From: Candidatus Sysuiplasma acidicola
GTDB taxonomy: Archaea; Thermoplasmatota; Thermoplasmata; Sysuiplasmatales; Sysuiplasmataceae
DNA: 64,000 nt
Assembly (NCBI GenBank): GCA_019721035.1
Contig: JAHEAA010000002.1
Location: forward strand, 76,020 to 140,019
Direction of reading: 5' to 3'
The notes beneath the pieces were generated by a model that saw only the letters and a program-made list of their open reading frames with translations, was not told where the DNA came from and did not search any database. Below are positions 37,944 to 47,739 of this stretch, piece by piece (the first letter of the stretch is position 1; each line of letters starts with the position of its first letter). The translations under genes and the position numbers were made by a program.

Positions 37944-38285
37944 GTGATTCACATGTTCGATGTCACAATTTCAGAAAAAGCCATAGAGAAGGTTAAAACA
38001 CTCATGCCAAAGGAGAATGACAAGCAGGTCTTCCTCAGGGTCTACGTGGCCGGAGGAGGATGTGGCGGCTTCAAGTATGGTCTCAGCTTTGAGAACAAAG
38101 CGGACATGCTCAACGACTTCAAGCTGGAGAAGGCAGGGGTTAACATAGTCGTCGACCGGGAGAGTGCGGCTTATCTGGAAGGGACCGAAATAGATTACGT
38201 GGACAGCCTGGAGGGCTCAGGATTCACATTCATTAATCCGAACGCAAAGAGCACCTGCAGCTGCGGTCAGTCGTTTACCGCCTGA
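37944..38285 (+). CDS. Iron-sulfur cluster insertion protein (HesB/IscA/SufA family)
   Basis: C-terminal C-x-C motif STCSCGQSF plus the conserved upstream Cys (GGGCGGF); 113 aa. Confidence 0.85.
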   Translation: MIHMFDVTISEKAIEKVKTLMPKENDKQVFLRVYVAGGGCGGFKYGLSFENKADMLNDFKLEKAGVNIVVDRESAAYLEGTEIDYVDSLEGSGFTFINPNAKSTCSCGQSFTA

Positions 38286-38728
38286 AGGGTGCTGTCGAGC
38301 CCCAGCTTTCTGAACAGCAGTTTCCTTCCCTCTTCAGGATTATCCAGACCGAGCACAAACTCGACTCTGCCGTCCTTCTTGTTGATTATGTATGTTGAAT
38401 TCACCTTTACCCTTGACTTATCCAGCTTTTTTAGAATCTTTGCCAGAGATCCGGGCTTGTCATCGATCACAACAGTTATGATTTCATCTTCCGTGAACTC
38501 ATACTTGCCGTGATTAAGCATATCTCTGCACGTCAGTTCGTCAGATGTGATCAGCCTGACTTGTCTTGAATTGCGCGAGCTGCTCATCGTCAGCGTAATT
38601 ATGTTAATGCCGCTGTTCCCGAGTGTGTCTGTCAGCTCGGCTAGCCCACCGTCTTTATCATTTAGGAGAACGGCAAATTCCTTCGTTTTTACCCCTTCGG
38701 GGGAATGAGCGTTTTCTCCATATTTCAA
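38267..38728 (-). CDS. Tandem ACT-domain protein
   Basis: Two beta-alpha-beta-beta-alpha-beta-like repeats (FAVLLNDKDGGLAELTDTLGNSGINII and ITVVIDDKPGSLAKILKKLDKSRVKV). It has a 4-bp overlap with the upstream M48 gene. Confidence 0.55.
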   Translation of the reverse strand: MKYGENAHSPEGVKTKEFAVLLNDKDGGLAELTDTLGNSGINIITLTMSSSRNSRQVRLITSDELTCRDMLNHGKYEFTEDEIITVVIDDKPGSLAKILKKLDKSRVKVNSTYIINKKDGRVEFVLGLDNPEEGRKLLFRKLGLDSTLQAVND

Positions 38729-39969
38729 CCTTCTTTTGCCGCTTCGGCGGAACTACGCCACGCTTCGCCCATTCTGACCCTCTCAGCCGTCGACGGGTGC
38801 GTGGCAAAGAGTATCTTCCTGATCGTGCCTGGATCGTCGTCCATCAGGTTGAGGTCGCACAGCCTTTTCTCGCTAGAAATGAATGCTACCGGGTTGCGAT
38901 ATGCGTTGAGTGAGAAAAGATCTGCACATCGCTCTCTCTTTCTCGAAATGTAGTTTGTCAGTGGAGTCAACGCTGCTCCGGTGATACTCAGTGTGATCGA
39001 GAACAACAGAAGGACATATGGATCAGTCGGGGAATAGAGTGAATGCATATGAAGCGCGAGACTGTAGACGGCATAAAGAAGTAATGCGGAAATGTAGGCC
39101 ATCAGAACGTTCGACACCCATGACTTCCAACTGTCCCCGGCAAGATAGTGGCCCAGTTCGTGGGCTGTTATGCAGGTAACCTCTTCAGGCGTGAAAAAGC
39201 GGATTGTATTGTCGTAGAGCACGATGCGTTTCTTCTTTCCTATGCCGGCAACGAATGCATTGGCCATCGTGGATCTCGAGCTTTCATCAATCACGTAAAT
39301 GCTCATCCGGTCGAGTGAGAGGGACTTGAGCAGCGCCATTATTTTACGACTCACTTCACCATCTTCCAGGGGTCTAATGCGATAGAAGAAACGGAGCGCA
39401 AGGAAAGGGAAAAAACGGGAATATGTCACTGTGAAGAGTACGTAGGCTGTTGCTGCGAGCAACCACCAGAGATTCGACAGGCTTATTAACGCTAAGAGCA
39501 GCGTTGACGCTCCAGTAATGAAGACCATGGAAATTAACAATGCCTTCAGACTGTCCGTCAGCCAGTTGACGGTGCCTGCAGTCGCTATGCCGTATCTCTT
39601 CCTTATCCCATGAATCCGGTAAGCGAACGGCATGCCGACAGCGTAGAACAGCAGAACAATGGTTGACGAAAAGATGCAGACCCTCGGAAACCATGACAGA
39701 TATTCGAGCGACGAAGCTATCCATTTTCCCGGGCCAGCAAATGTAATGAAAAACAGCAATGATAATTCAACCGCAGTCGACACGACTGACATCCACAACA
39801 GTTCTGACGATACGCTGCGCGCCCTGCGCCTTATCTCCTGATTAAACTCATAAGGGTACTGATGAACATCAGCACCTGCCGAAACGGTTCTGTTTACTGT
39901 ATCGTTGTTCATGGTTTCCAATCCGGATCTGTGAGAACGATAGCAATATGGCGCCATGATGCGCGTCAC
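38725..39969 (-). CDS. M48-family zinc metalloprotease (Ste24/HtpX-like), integral membrane
   Basis: HExxH zinc motif ITAHELGHYLAGDSWKSWVSNVL preceded by multiple TM helices. Confidence 0.8.
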   Translation of the reverse strand: MTRIMAPYCYRSHRSGLETMNNDTVNRTVSAGADVHQYPYEFNQEIRRRARSVSSELLWMSVVSTAVELSLLFFITFAGPGKWIASSLEYLSWFPRVCIFSSTIVLLFYAVGMPFAYRIHGIRKRYGIATAGTVNWLTDSLKALLISMVFITGASTLLLALISLSNLWWLLAATAYVLFTVTYSRFFPFLALRFFYRIRPLEDGEVSRKIMALLKSLSLDRMSIYVIDESSRSTMANAFVAGIGKKKRIVLYDNTIRFFTPEEVTCITAHELGHYLAGDSWKSWVSNVLMAYISALLLYAVYSLALHMHSLYSPTDPYVLLLFSITLSITGAALTPLTNYISRKRERCADLFSLNAYRNPVAFISSEKRLCDLNLMDDDPGTIRKILFATHPSTAERVRMGEAWRSSAEAAKEG

Positions 39970-40466
39970 TCGTTCTCTTTCACCTGATGCTGTTCTTCAA
40001 TCTCCCTCATCTTATGGGAAAGGTTCAGAGCCGCGCTCTCTTTTATTGTGGAGAGTGCTATTATTGACTTGGTTCTGCTGAAGTGGCCCGACCTGGAAAG
40101 CCTGAGGATTATATCCTCCAGCGTCGCCATGTTTTCCGTTTTGACCTTTATGATCAAATCCTCGTCGCCGGCCAGATGATGGCATTCCTCGATGTCGCCA
40201 ATGCTGTTTATGAGATCAACCACCTTCTGATCACCAAGGGATCCGCCAGTCTTGAAATAGAGCATGATGAACGCCGTGATGTCCAGATTGACACTTTTTG
40301 GATCCACAAGCGTCGTAAAACCGGTAATGACGCCTTTTCTCATCAACGATTGAACACGTTCGTGAACGGTAGGCGCAGCCAGCTTCACCTGCCGGCTTAT
40401 CTCTTTGAGAGAGGTACGCGAATTCCGCTGAAGCAGTTCGAGTATTAGTATATCTTTTTCATCCAT
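39966..40466 (-). CDS. Lrp/AsnC family transcriptional regulator
   Basis: N-terminal HTH (DILILELLQRNSRTSLKEISRQVKLAAPTVHERVQSL) plus a C-terminal RAM domain; 166 aa. It has a 4-bp overlap with the M48 gene. Confidence 0.9.
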   Translation of the reverse strand: MDEKDILILELLQRNSRTSLKEISRQVKLAAPTVHERVQSLMRKGVITGFTTLVDPKSVNLDITAFIMLYFKTGGSLGDQKVVDLINSIGDIEECHHLAGDEDLIIKVKTENMATLEDIILRLSRSGHFSRTKSIIALSTIKESAALNLSHKMREIEEQHQVKENE

Positions 40467-41065
40467 TTAGTCACTATACCTTATTTTCTTCGGATAAATC
40501 TTTCCTTTTATTAGTCGTTTTTTACATCTATTCGTTATCAACTGAATAATTTTCATACTAATCCTTATATACCAAATATTTTTAGGACTATTCTGAAAAT
40601 AAACTAGGATGTGAAGAAAAATGTGGGATATGCTCATACTAAATTCAAGCACACAGAATAGTAACAGACGAAAGAACTACCTTGATCTTGTTGCCATTGA
40701 AAGGGCAAACGAGGAGTCGGCTAAGGTGCATCACACCAGGAAAGCCGGAAGTCTCTTCAACAGGATGGCACAAAAGATACATTTCTGAGTTTGAACACCG
40801 GTGCATACCGATTACAAACCTCTTCCTTTCAATATTTTTCCTTTCCTCCCTTTAGAACAATTGCACCATTCCCGCACGAATGATTTTTAGCGGCACCAAA
40901 ACTGTTATGGAGTCTCGGCGAGTGCTGAAACACACAATCCGGAGAGGAGAGTACTATGGATGCAGTGAAGCGCAGTTAGCCAATGTCCAAATCTCTCCGC
41001 CGAGCGAGACCGGCTTAATGGAATCTTTTTTGTGCCCGTGCCGCCATATCACGGACGGTGATATC

Positions 41066-41452
41066 GTGTCTCTGAATAGTATAAGTACGAATGATGCTCC
41101 TGCTGCAATTGGACCTTATTCCCAGGCAATCGATTCTGGAAGCATAGTTTTCTGCTCTGGCCAGATAGGTCTGGATCCTGTGACAGGTAAACTTATATCT
41201 GACGACGTCGAAGCTCAAACAACAAGGTGTCTTGCCAATATGGAGGAAGTGCTGAAGGCTTCAGGCATTACGCGCGACCAGGTGGCAAAGACTACAATTT
41301 ACCTGACGAACATGGATGATTTCGGAAAGGTCAATGAATTGTATGGCGCCTATTTCGGCACACACCGGCCAGCACGAACAACAGTCTCGGTTGTCGCCCT
41401 CCCGAGGGGGGCGAAAGTGGAAATAGAGGCTCTTGCAGTTAAGCTGCGATGA
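41066..41452 (+). CDS. ridA: RidA/YjgF-family reactive-intermediate (enamine/imine) deaminase
   Basis: From the GTG at 41066 the protein is 128 aa and aligns end to end with E. coli RidA (NDAPAAIGPYSQA...RPARTTVSVVALPRGAKVEIEALAV). The supplied ORF begins at 40880 with an unlikely 62-aa leader. Confidence 0.85.
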   Translation: MSLNSISTNDAPAAIGPYSQAIDSGSIVFCSGQIGLDPVTGKLISDDVEAQTTRCLANMEEVLKASGITRDQVAKTTIYLTNMDDFGKVNELYGAYFGTHRPARTTVSVVALPRGAKVEIEALAVKLR

Positions 41453-41501
41453 CGTTCTATGCTACCGGCACGCATAACTTATTACGCCACAAAACCATTC
41501 C

Positions 41502-42350
41502 ATGCTGTTTGAAGTGCGGATAACGGACAATCGCGCTGCATCCCGGTTCCATGGCAGACCGGTGATTTCGCTGCTTACCGATTTCGGGACACTCGGTGGC
41601 TACGTCGGCGCAGTAAAGGGTGTCATACTTTCCAGGACGGATGCCGATATCGTGGATATATCACATGATATATCCCCCCAGTCGGTAATTGAAGGTGCTT
41701 TCGTTCTTAAGAGCGTTGTACCCTATTTTCCTGACGGTTCCGTCCATATGGCTGTGGTAGATCCTGGTGTGGGCGGGACAAGGAGACCGATTGCAGTAAA
41801 GTCGGGTAAACATTTCTTTGTTGGCCCAGACAATGGGCTGATCATCCCTGCTGCAAAGGAGTGCGGCCGAATGAGCGTCAGAGAGATTGATTTTAGAAAA
41901 TTGGATATTTCAAATGTTTCAAACACATTTCATGGACGGGATGTATTTGCGCCTGCGGCCGCCTATCTTTCTGCCGGAGGCGCGTTCGAGAAAGTTGGCA
42001 GAGAAGTCAGGTCTTACAGAGAGATCGATATCGGGGAAGTTAGATTCATTCCTTCAGGCATATCCGGCATTTGTATTTATGCGGATGCCTTTGGAAACGT
42101 GATTACAAATCTCAACGGTACAAGATTTAGCAGGCTGTTTTCAGTCGGTCAAAGGTTGAAGGTGACCTGTGGAGATTTTGAGGACGTAATAGAATTCACA
42201 CGCACTTACGCCGACAAGCAGGACGGAGAACCACTGGTATTGATTGGCTCCCATGGCAACATCGAGATTGCTGTCGCCGGCGGCAATGCCAAGCATCTTA
42301 TCGGATACCGGCAGGGCGTGGAAATTGAATTCAGAAAAATCAGAATCTGA
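41502..42350 (+). CDS. SAM hydroxide adenosyltransferase family protein (DUF62; fluorinase/chlorinase-like fold)
   Basis: N-terminal LLTDFGTLGGYVGAVKGVI...DISHDISP matches the conserved DUF62 (SalL/FlA-like) N-domain motif; about 280 aa. Confidence 0.7.
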   Translation: MLFEVRITDNRAASRFHGRPVISLLTDFGTLGGYVGAVKGVILSRTDADIVDISHDISPQSVIEGAFVLKSVVPYFPDGSVHMAVVDPGVGGTRRPIAVKSGKHFFVGPDNGLIIPAAKECGRMSVREIDFRKLDISNVSNTFHGRDVFAPAAAYLSAGGAFEKVGREVRSYREIDIGEVRFIPSGISGICIYADAFGNVITNLNGTRFSRLFSVGQRLKVTCGDFEDVIEFTRTYADKQDGEPLVLIGSHGNIEIAVAGGNAKHLIGYRQGVEIEFRKIRI

Positions 42351-42832
42351 CACTATTTGTATATAGTCATATCGTCATCTGAATAGTAATCTGATTACAT
42401 AATTGAATACAATCGTGATTTTATATTAGAATACAGACATGAATATTAATAAGATAATAGACAACAGTTCTTGGATTCCATATCAGGTTCAAAAAGCCTA
42501 TTATATGCCAAAAGTATTCCCATAAAACTCACCCATGGCGGGGATGCACCACCAGTTAATGGGGAAACAGTAGTCGCAAAGTGTGCTATAATTTAACTGG
42601 CATCGGAATCTAACGCGATCGTGCAACTGCACTCTCGCATCACAAATCGGGAAAGTCTTCAGAAAATGCTTAAGTCAAGCAGGTGTGTGTTTATTATATG
42701 AGTGTCAGAAATGCCGTGAAAGTGGACAGGGAAGAAGTTCCGCAAGTGGTACCCGGCAGCGGGAGCCAGAAAAGGGCGGGAAAGAACATAACCCCGAAGA
42801 AGAGCCATGCTGGAGACCAGGCGGGATCACAC

Positions 42833-45814
42833 ATGAAATTTGAAAGGAAATTTGTAGCGGACGGAGAAGATCCGTATTCCACAGTCAGGTGGGTGGAAAG
42901 AGTTTCTCGTATTACCGAACCTGATGGTAAAATTGTCTTTGAAATGGACAACATTATGGCTCCAGAGGGTTGGAGCCAGCTGGCAGTGGACATTGCAGTT
43001 TCCAAATATTTCCGAAAGGCAGGCGTTCCAGGCACCGGAACAGAAACTAGTGTGATGCAGCTCATTCACAGAGTGGCTCACACCATCAGGTGGGCCGGTG
43101 AGCAATATGATTATTTTGAGGGAGTCGATGCGGAAAATTTTGAAGCTGAACTCACGTACATGCTGCTACATCAGATGGCTGCCTTTAACTCACCTGTCTG
43201 GTTCAATGTCGGCCTCTATCACGAGTATGGCATAAAGGGAAGCGGTGGCAGCTGGGCATGGGATGCGACAAAAGGCAAGGTAACGCAGACGGAAGACGCT
43301 TATTCGAGACCACAGTGCTCCGCATGCTTCATACAGTCCGTTACTGACGATCTGATGTCGATATTCGACCTGCTGAAGAATGAAGCAAGGCTGTTCAAAT
43401 ACGGTTCCGGGACTGGCACCAACTTCTCCAAGATCAGGGCCGCCGAGGAGAAGCTGTCCGGCGGCGGCACGTCCTCCGGCCTCATGTCTTTTCTGAAAGT
43501 TCTTGATGCCGGCGCAGGTGCCACTAAGTCAGGCGGAACAACAAGAAGGGCCGCAAAGATGGTCGTACTCGATATAGATCATCCCGAAATCGCGTCGTTC
43601 ATCAACTGGAAGGTGAAGGAAGAGGAGAAGGTCAGGGCGCTGATCAGAGAAGGATATCCTGCCGATTTCAACAGCGAAGCGTACCTCACCGTGTCTGGCC
43701 AGAATTCCAATAATTCTGTGAGAGTCACAGATGATTTCATGAATGCTTTCCTTTCTGACGGCAGCTGGAATACCACCTACAGGACCACTGGAGAGATAGC
43801 ACACACATACAAGGCAGCAGAACTCATGGAACAGGTGAGCAAGGCAGCCTGGGCTTCCGCCGATCCAGGCATGCAGTTTGACACGACAATAAACAGATGG
43901 CACACGTGCCCCAATTCCGGCAGAATCAACGCGTCCAATCCCTGTTCGGAATATATGTTCCTCGACAATACTGCGTGCAATCTCGCATCCATAAATCTGG
44001 TCAAATTCATCGACGAGGAAGGCAATTTTGACATTGACGGTTTCAGGCAGACGATACGGGTATTCACTACCGCAATGGAGATCATCGTGGATTTTGCATC
44101 ATATCCGACCGAAGTAATCGCCGCCAACAGTCACACGTTCAGAACGCTCGGACTGGGTTTTGCGAATCTTGGAACGTCTGTAATGCTGCTTGGATATGCC
44201 TACGACAGCGACGAGGCAAGGACTTTCGCCGCCGCGATATCTGCCATCATCACCGGCCATTGCTATAGAACGTCGGCCGAGATAGCAGCAATAACAGGTC
44301 CATTCCCGGGCTTCGAGGTAAACAAAGAGGCAATGCTCAGAGTCATGGGCATGCACCGTGATGCCATATTCCGCATAGATTCGACTAAACTTCCACCGCT
44401 GCTGCTCAAAGCGGCAATGGATGACTGGAACGAATGCATCAAGCTCGGAGAGATGTATGGCTACAGGAACGCACAGGCTTCAAACGTGGCTCCGACAGGG
44501 ACGATTGGTCTCCTCATGGATTGTGATACAACAGGCATAGAGCCGGATTTTTCCATCGTCAAATGGAAAAAGCTGGCGGGCGGTGGTTATTTCAAAATTG
44601 TCAATAAATCCGTCGAGATTGCGCTCAGGAGACTTGGATACGGTACAGAGAAACGCAGAAGCATAATAACCGCTCTTACCGGCACTGGCACACTGGACGG
44701 TTCGCCGTTCATCAACAGGGATTCCCTGGCTGCAAAGGGAATGAGTGCTGAAGAGATCAGAGAAGCGCTGGAATACATAAGCCGGACGCACACAATGGAT
44801 GATTTCACACCGCATATGTCGGAAAAGGAGCTCATCGCCATGGGCTTCAGCAGGGAACAGGTACAGGCCACACGCGACTTCGTAAACGGAGTTCAGTCCA
44901 TGGAACTGATCGAAGATGTCCTGCCTGAGCATGTCCGGATATTCGACTGTGCAAACAGGAGCGGACGCGGTAAACGCTTTATCGCACCAATGGGGCACGT
45001 GAAGATGATGGCTGCCGTGCAGCCGTTCATATCCGGCGCCATTTCCAAGACTGTCAACCTCCCCGCAGATGTCACTTGGGAAGATGTACGCGATGTGTAC
45101 GTTAATTCATGGCGGATGGGTCTCAAGGCACTGGCCGTCTATCGAGACGGATCCAAGGCATCACAACCGCTCAGCTCCGCCAAGGAAATTGGAGAGGAGG
45201 TGCTGGAACTTGGCCGGGGGGTCAAGAAAGAGCTGCCGAAAAAACGTGGAGGCTTCACGCTCGAGTCCACGATCGGCGGGCACAAGCTTTTCCTGCGTAC
45301 TGGAGAGTACAGCGACGGAACGCCGGGCGAAATATTCATAGATATGTACAAGGAGGGGTCGTCATACAGGAGCATACTGAATGGTTTCGCCATTGCCGTC
45401 TCTATTGGACTGCAGTACGGCGTGCCGCTGGAGAAATACGTAAATGCGTTCACATTTACGCGCTTCGAGCCGCAGGGATTCACCGATCATCCGAATGTGC
45501 GTACATGCACTTCTCCCCTCGACTTCATCTTCCGCGTGCTTGGTATGGAGTATCTGGGCAGGACGGACTTTGTACAGGTGAAACCTTCTGTCGATGAGAA
45601 AGAGACGGCCAGGGAACCGAGGCCTTCTTTCATACATCCTTCGACAAAGTCTCTGGACGAGTTCAGCAGAGAAGAGCCTGCGCCCGATTTAATGGACAGG
45701 AGTTTGATGTTCGATTCCGACGCGCCGCTCTGTTCGGTTTGCGGGCACGTGACAGTTAGGAACGGCAGCTGTTACAAATGCCTGAACTGTGGCAGCACTA
45801 CCGGTTGTTCGTAA
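42833..45814 (+). CDS. nrdJ: Ribonucleoside-triphosphate/diphosphate reductase, class II (adenosylcobalamin-dependent), with C-terminal zinc ribbon
   Basis: Active-site NPCSEYMF...CNLASIN, radical-site Cys region SACFIQSV, C-terminal CSVCGHV...CYKCLNCGSTTGCS. The start was taken at MKFERKFVADGEDPY; the supplied ORF has 50 extra codons. Confidence 0.9.
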   Translation: MKFERKFVADGEDPYSTVRWVERVSRITEPDGKIVFEMDNIMAPEGWSQLAVDIAVSKYFRKAGVPGTGTETSVMQLIHRVAHTIRWAGEQYDYFEGVDAENFEAELTYMLLHQMAAFNSPVWFNVGLYHEYGIKGSGGSWAWDATKGKVTQTEDAYSRPQCSACFIQSVTDDLMSIFDLLKNEARLFKYGSGTGTNFSKIRAAEEKLSGGGTSSGLMSFLKVLDAGAGATKSGGTTRRAAKMVVLDIDHPEIASFINWKVKEEEKVRALIREGYPADFNSEAYLTVSGQNSNNSVRVTDDFMNAFLSDGSWNTTYRTTGEIAHTYKAAELMEQVSKAAWASADPGMQFDTTINRWHTCPNSGRINASNPCSEYMFLDNTACNLASINLVKFIDEEGNFDIDGFRQTIRVFTTAMEIIVDFASYPTEVIAANSHTFRTLGLGFANLGTSVMLLGYAYDSDEARTFAAAISAIITGHCYRTSAEIAAITGPFPGFEVNKEAMLRVMGMHRDAIFRIDSTKLPPLLLKAAMDDWNECIKLGEMYGYRNAQASNVAPTGTIGLLMDCDTTGIEPDFSIVKWKKLAGGGYFKIVNKSVEIALRRLGYGTEKRRSIITALTGTGTLDGSPFINRDSLAAKGMSAEEIREALEYISRTHTMDDFTPHMSEKELIAMGFSREQVQATRDFVNGVQSMELIEDVLPEHVRIFDCANRSGRGKRFIAPMGHVKMMAAVQPFISGAISKTVNLPADVTWEDVRDVYVNSWRMGLKALAVYRDGSKASQPLSSAKEIGEEVLELGRGVKKELPKKRGGFTLESTIGGHKLFLRTGEYSDGTPGEIFIDMYKEGSSYRSILNGFAIAVSIGLQYGVPLEKYVNAFTFTRFEPQGFTDHPNVRTCTSPLDFIFRVLGMEYLGRTDFVQVKPSVDEKETAREPRPSFIHPSTKSLDEFSREEPAPDLMDRSLMFDSDAPLCSVCGHVTVRNGSCYKCLNCGSTTGCS

Positions 45815-46637
45815 GCGCTATATTCATGCTCCCGCTGCGGAAGCCTTCCATGTCGAGCGTCACATAGAGGAAGCCGAGCGACTTGAACTTTGCAACGGTG
45901 TCCTCTCTCAGGGACGGCAGCGAAAAACAACCTATGTCCTCCGTGCCGACCTCGATCCTCGCCAGAGGTCCGTGAACCCTCACCCTGACACTCTTCATGC
46001 CCATACGGTGCAGATATGCCTCCCCTTCAGCGACCGCCCTGAGCGTCCGCTCATCTATGGGCTGCCCATACTGTATGCGCGAGGAAAGGCATGCGTTTGA
46101 TGGCCGGTCATGTACGCTGAGCCCGACTTCCCTTGCGGCCGCACGGACATCATCCTTTTCCATGCCGCATTCGGCAAGCGGAAACCAGACGCCTTCGGAT
46201 CGTGCGGCTGCAATGCCCGGTCTGTAATCAGAAAAGTCGGATTTGTTGACACCGATAGCAACTGTCGAAAGGCTGAGCTCCGACGCCTTTCTGCGCAGCA
46301 CGGTTGAAAGCTCGATTTTGCAGCGGTAGCATCTTCTCTCGTCATTCCGCAGATATGCGGGATCTTCCATTTCGTGAGTCTCCACAAACATGTGCATGAT
46401 TCCGATCTCGGCCGCCACGCTGCGTGCACACTCCTTTTCCTCATCAGACAGGGAAGGCGACAGGGCGGTGACTGCCACAGCACTGTCGCCAAGCTGTTCA
46501 TGTGCGACATAGGCAACTAGTGCGCTGTCCACTCCGCCGGACAGACCGACGAGTATGGAGTGCCTGTTCTTAATGGATGCCCTAAGCGTCCCCAGAGCGG
46601 CATTCGTATCAACAATGACTTTCTCTGCAGTATTCAT
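45798..46637 (-). CDS. PP-loop ATP pyrophosphatase, LarE-like (TIGR00268 family) sulfur transferase
   Basis: SGGVDS PP-loop, about 279 aa with conserved Cys (CYRCK). It has a 17-bp convergent overlap with nrdJ. Confidence 0.6.
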   Translation of the reverse strand: MNTAEKVIVDTNAALGTLRASIKNRHSILVGLSGGVDSALVAYVAHEQLGDSAVAVTALSPSLSDEEKECARSVAAEIGIMHMFVETHEMEDPAYLRNDERRCYRCKIELSTVLRRKASELSLSTVAIGVNKSDFSDYRPGIAAARSEGVWFPLAECGMEKDDVRAAAREVGLSVHDRPSNACLSSRIQYGQPIDERTLRAVAEGEAYLHRMGMKSVRVRVHGPLARIEVGTEDIGCFSLPSLREDTVAKFKSLGFLYVTLDMEGFRSGSMNIALTNNR

Positions 46638-46743
46638 CTACGGACCTGGAAGTAAGGCGATTCTATATTAAATAATTGAGAACATTCAACATCAGACAGC
46701 TGCTGAAGCATCTATATATTTGAATTCGGTCCGCAGAGGCTAG

Positions 46744-47724
46744 GTGAAAATGAGACAATACCCGGTATCGAGGCTGAGGAGGTACAGGAAAAAGAGCGTA
46801 AGGAGAATGCTCTCCTCTTTTGAAATCAGTCCTTCGAAGCTCATCTACCCGGTCTTTGTCGACGAAACGCTGGATGAGAAAAAGGAAATCGCACCTATGC
46901 CTGGTCAATTCAGGTATCCGGTAGACGGACTCCAGGAAATTTGCAAAAGGGCCGAGGAACTTGGCATCGGCGCAGTCATGTTGTTCGGCATCCCCTCAGA
47001 GAAGAACGACGGTGGTACAGGCGCATATGATGATGACGGCATAGTGCAGAAGGCTGTCAGAGCGATCAGGAAAAAGAGCTCTATCGCCATTATCACCGAT
47101 CTCTGCCTATGCGAATACACGACTCATGGACAATGCGGCATAATGAACAGCGACGGTGTAGATAACGACGCCACGCTTGAACTGTACGGTCGCATAGCAG
47201 TTTCACAGGCCATGGCCGGTGCAGAATGGATTGCGCCGAGCGGCATGATGGACGGGCAGGTCGGCCACATACGCAAGGCGCTTGACACAGCAGGCTTTCA
47301 GGATGTTTCAATCCTCGCATATGCCGCCAAGTCAGCGTCCTCGTTTTATGGACCGTTCAGGGAGGCGGCCGGAAGCACGCCTTCCGATGGCGACAGGAAA
47401 GGACATCAGCTGAACTATGCAAGCAGGTTCGAACAGATGCTGGAGATCGAGGCAGACATCGCGGAGGGCGCAGACATTGTCATGGTGAAACCGGCACTGC
47501 CAAACCTCGACATAATCTGCAAGGCGAGGGACAGATACGGTGTACCGGTTGCAGCTTACAACGTGAGCGGCGAGTATTCGATGCTCAGGGCCTCGGCCAT
47601 GAACGGCTGGACCGACTACAGGGGGACCGTGGAGGAGACGCTCATCTCCATATTCAGAGCAGGAGCGGACCTGATCGTAACATATCATGCCATCGAAGCG
47701 TCTGAATGGATTACCGGGAAGTGA
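46744..47724 (+). CDS. hemB: Porphobilinogen synthase (delta-aminolevulinate dehydratase)
   Basis: Active-site lysine region VMVKPAL and conserved blocks GIPSEKNDGG and DLCLCEYTTHGQCG. Confidence 0.9.
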   Translation: MKMRQYPVSRLRRYRKKSVRRMLSSFEISPSKLIYPVFVDETLDEKKEIAPMPGQFRYPVDGLQEICKRAEELGIGAVMLFGIPSEKNDGGTGAYDDDGIVQKAVRAIRKKSSIAIITDLCLCEYTTHGQCGIMNSDGVDNDATLELYGRIAVSQAMAGAEWIAPSGMMDGQVGHIRKALDTAGFQDVSILAYAAKSASSFYGPFREAAGSTPSDGDRKGHQLNYASRFEQMLEIEADIAEGADIVMVKPALPNLDIICKARDRYGVPVAAYNVSGEYSMLRASAMNGWTDYRGTVEETLISIFRAGADLIVTYHAIEASEWITGK

Positions 47725-47739
47725 TGCCGGACGATACGT

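Noticed and set aside
40621-40788. 55-codon ORF inside the Lrp-ridA intergenic region
   Set aside because: No motif and no obvious promoter spacing. It probably arose by chance in a 600-bp regulatory region.
42740-42832. Cobalamin riboswitch upstream of nrdJ
   Set aside because: Only a loose resemblance to the B12-box (GCTGGAGACCAGGC). No other conserved riboswitch blocks are present. Cobalamin riboswitches are not established in archaea.
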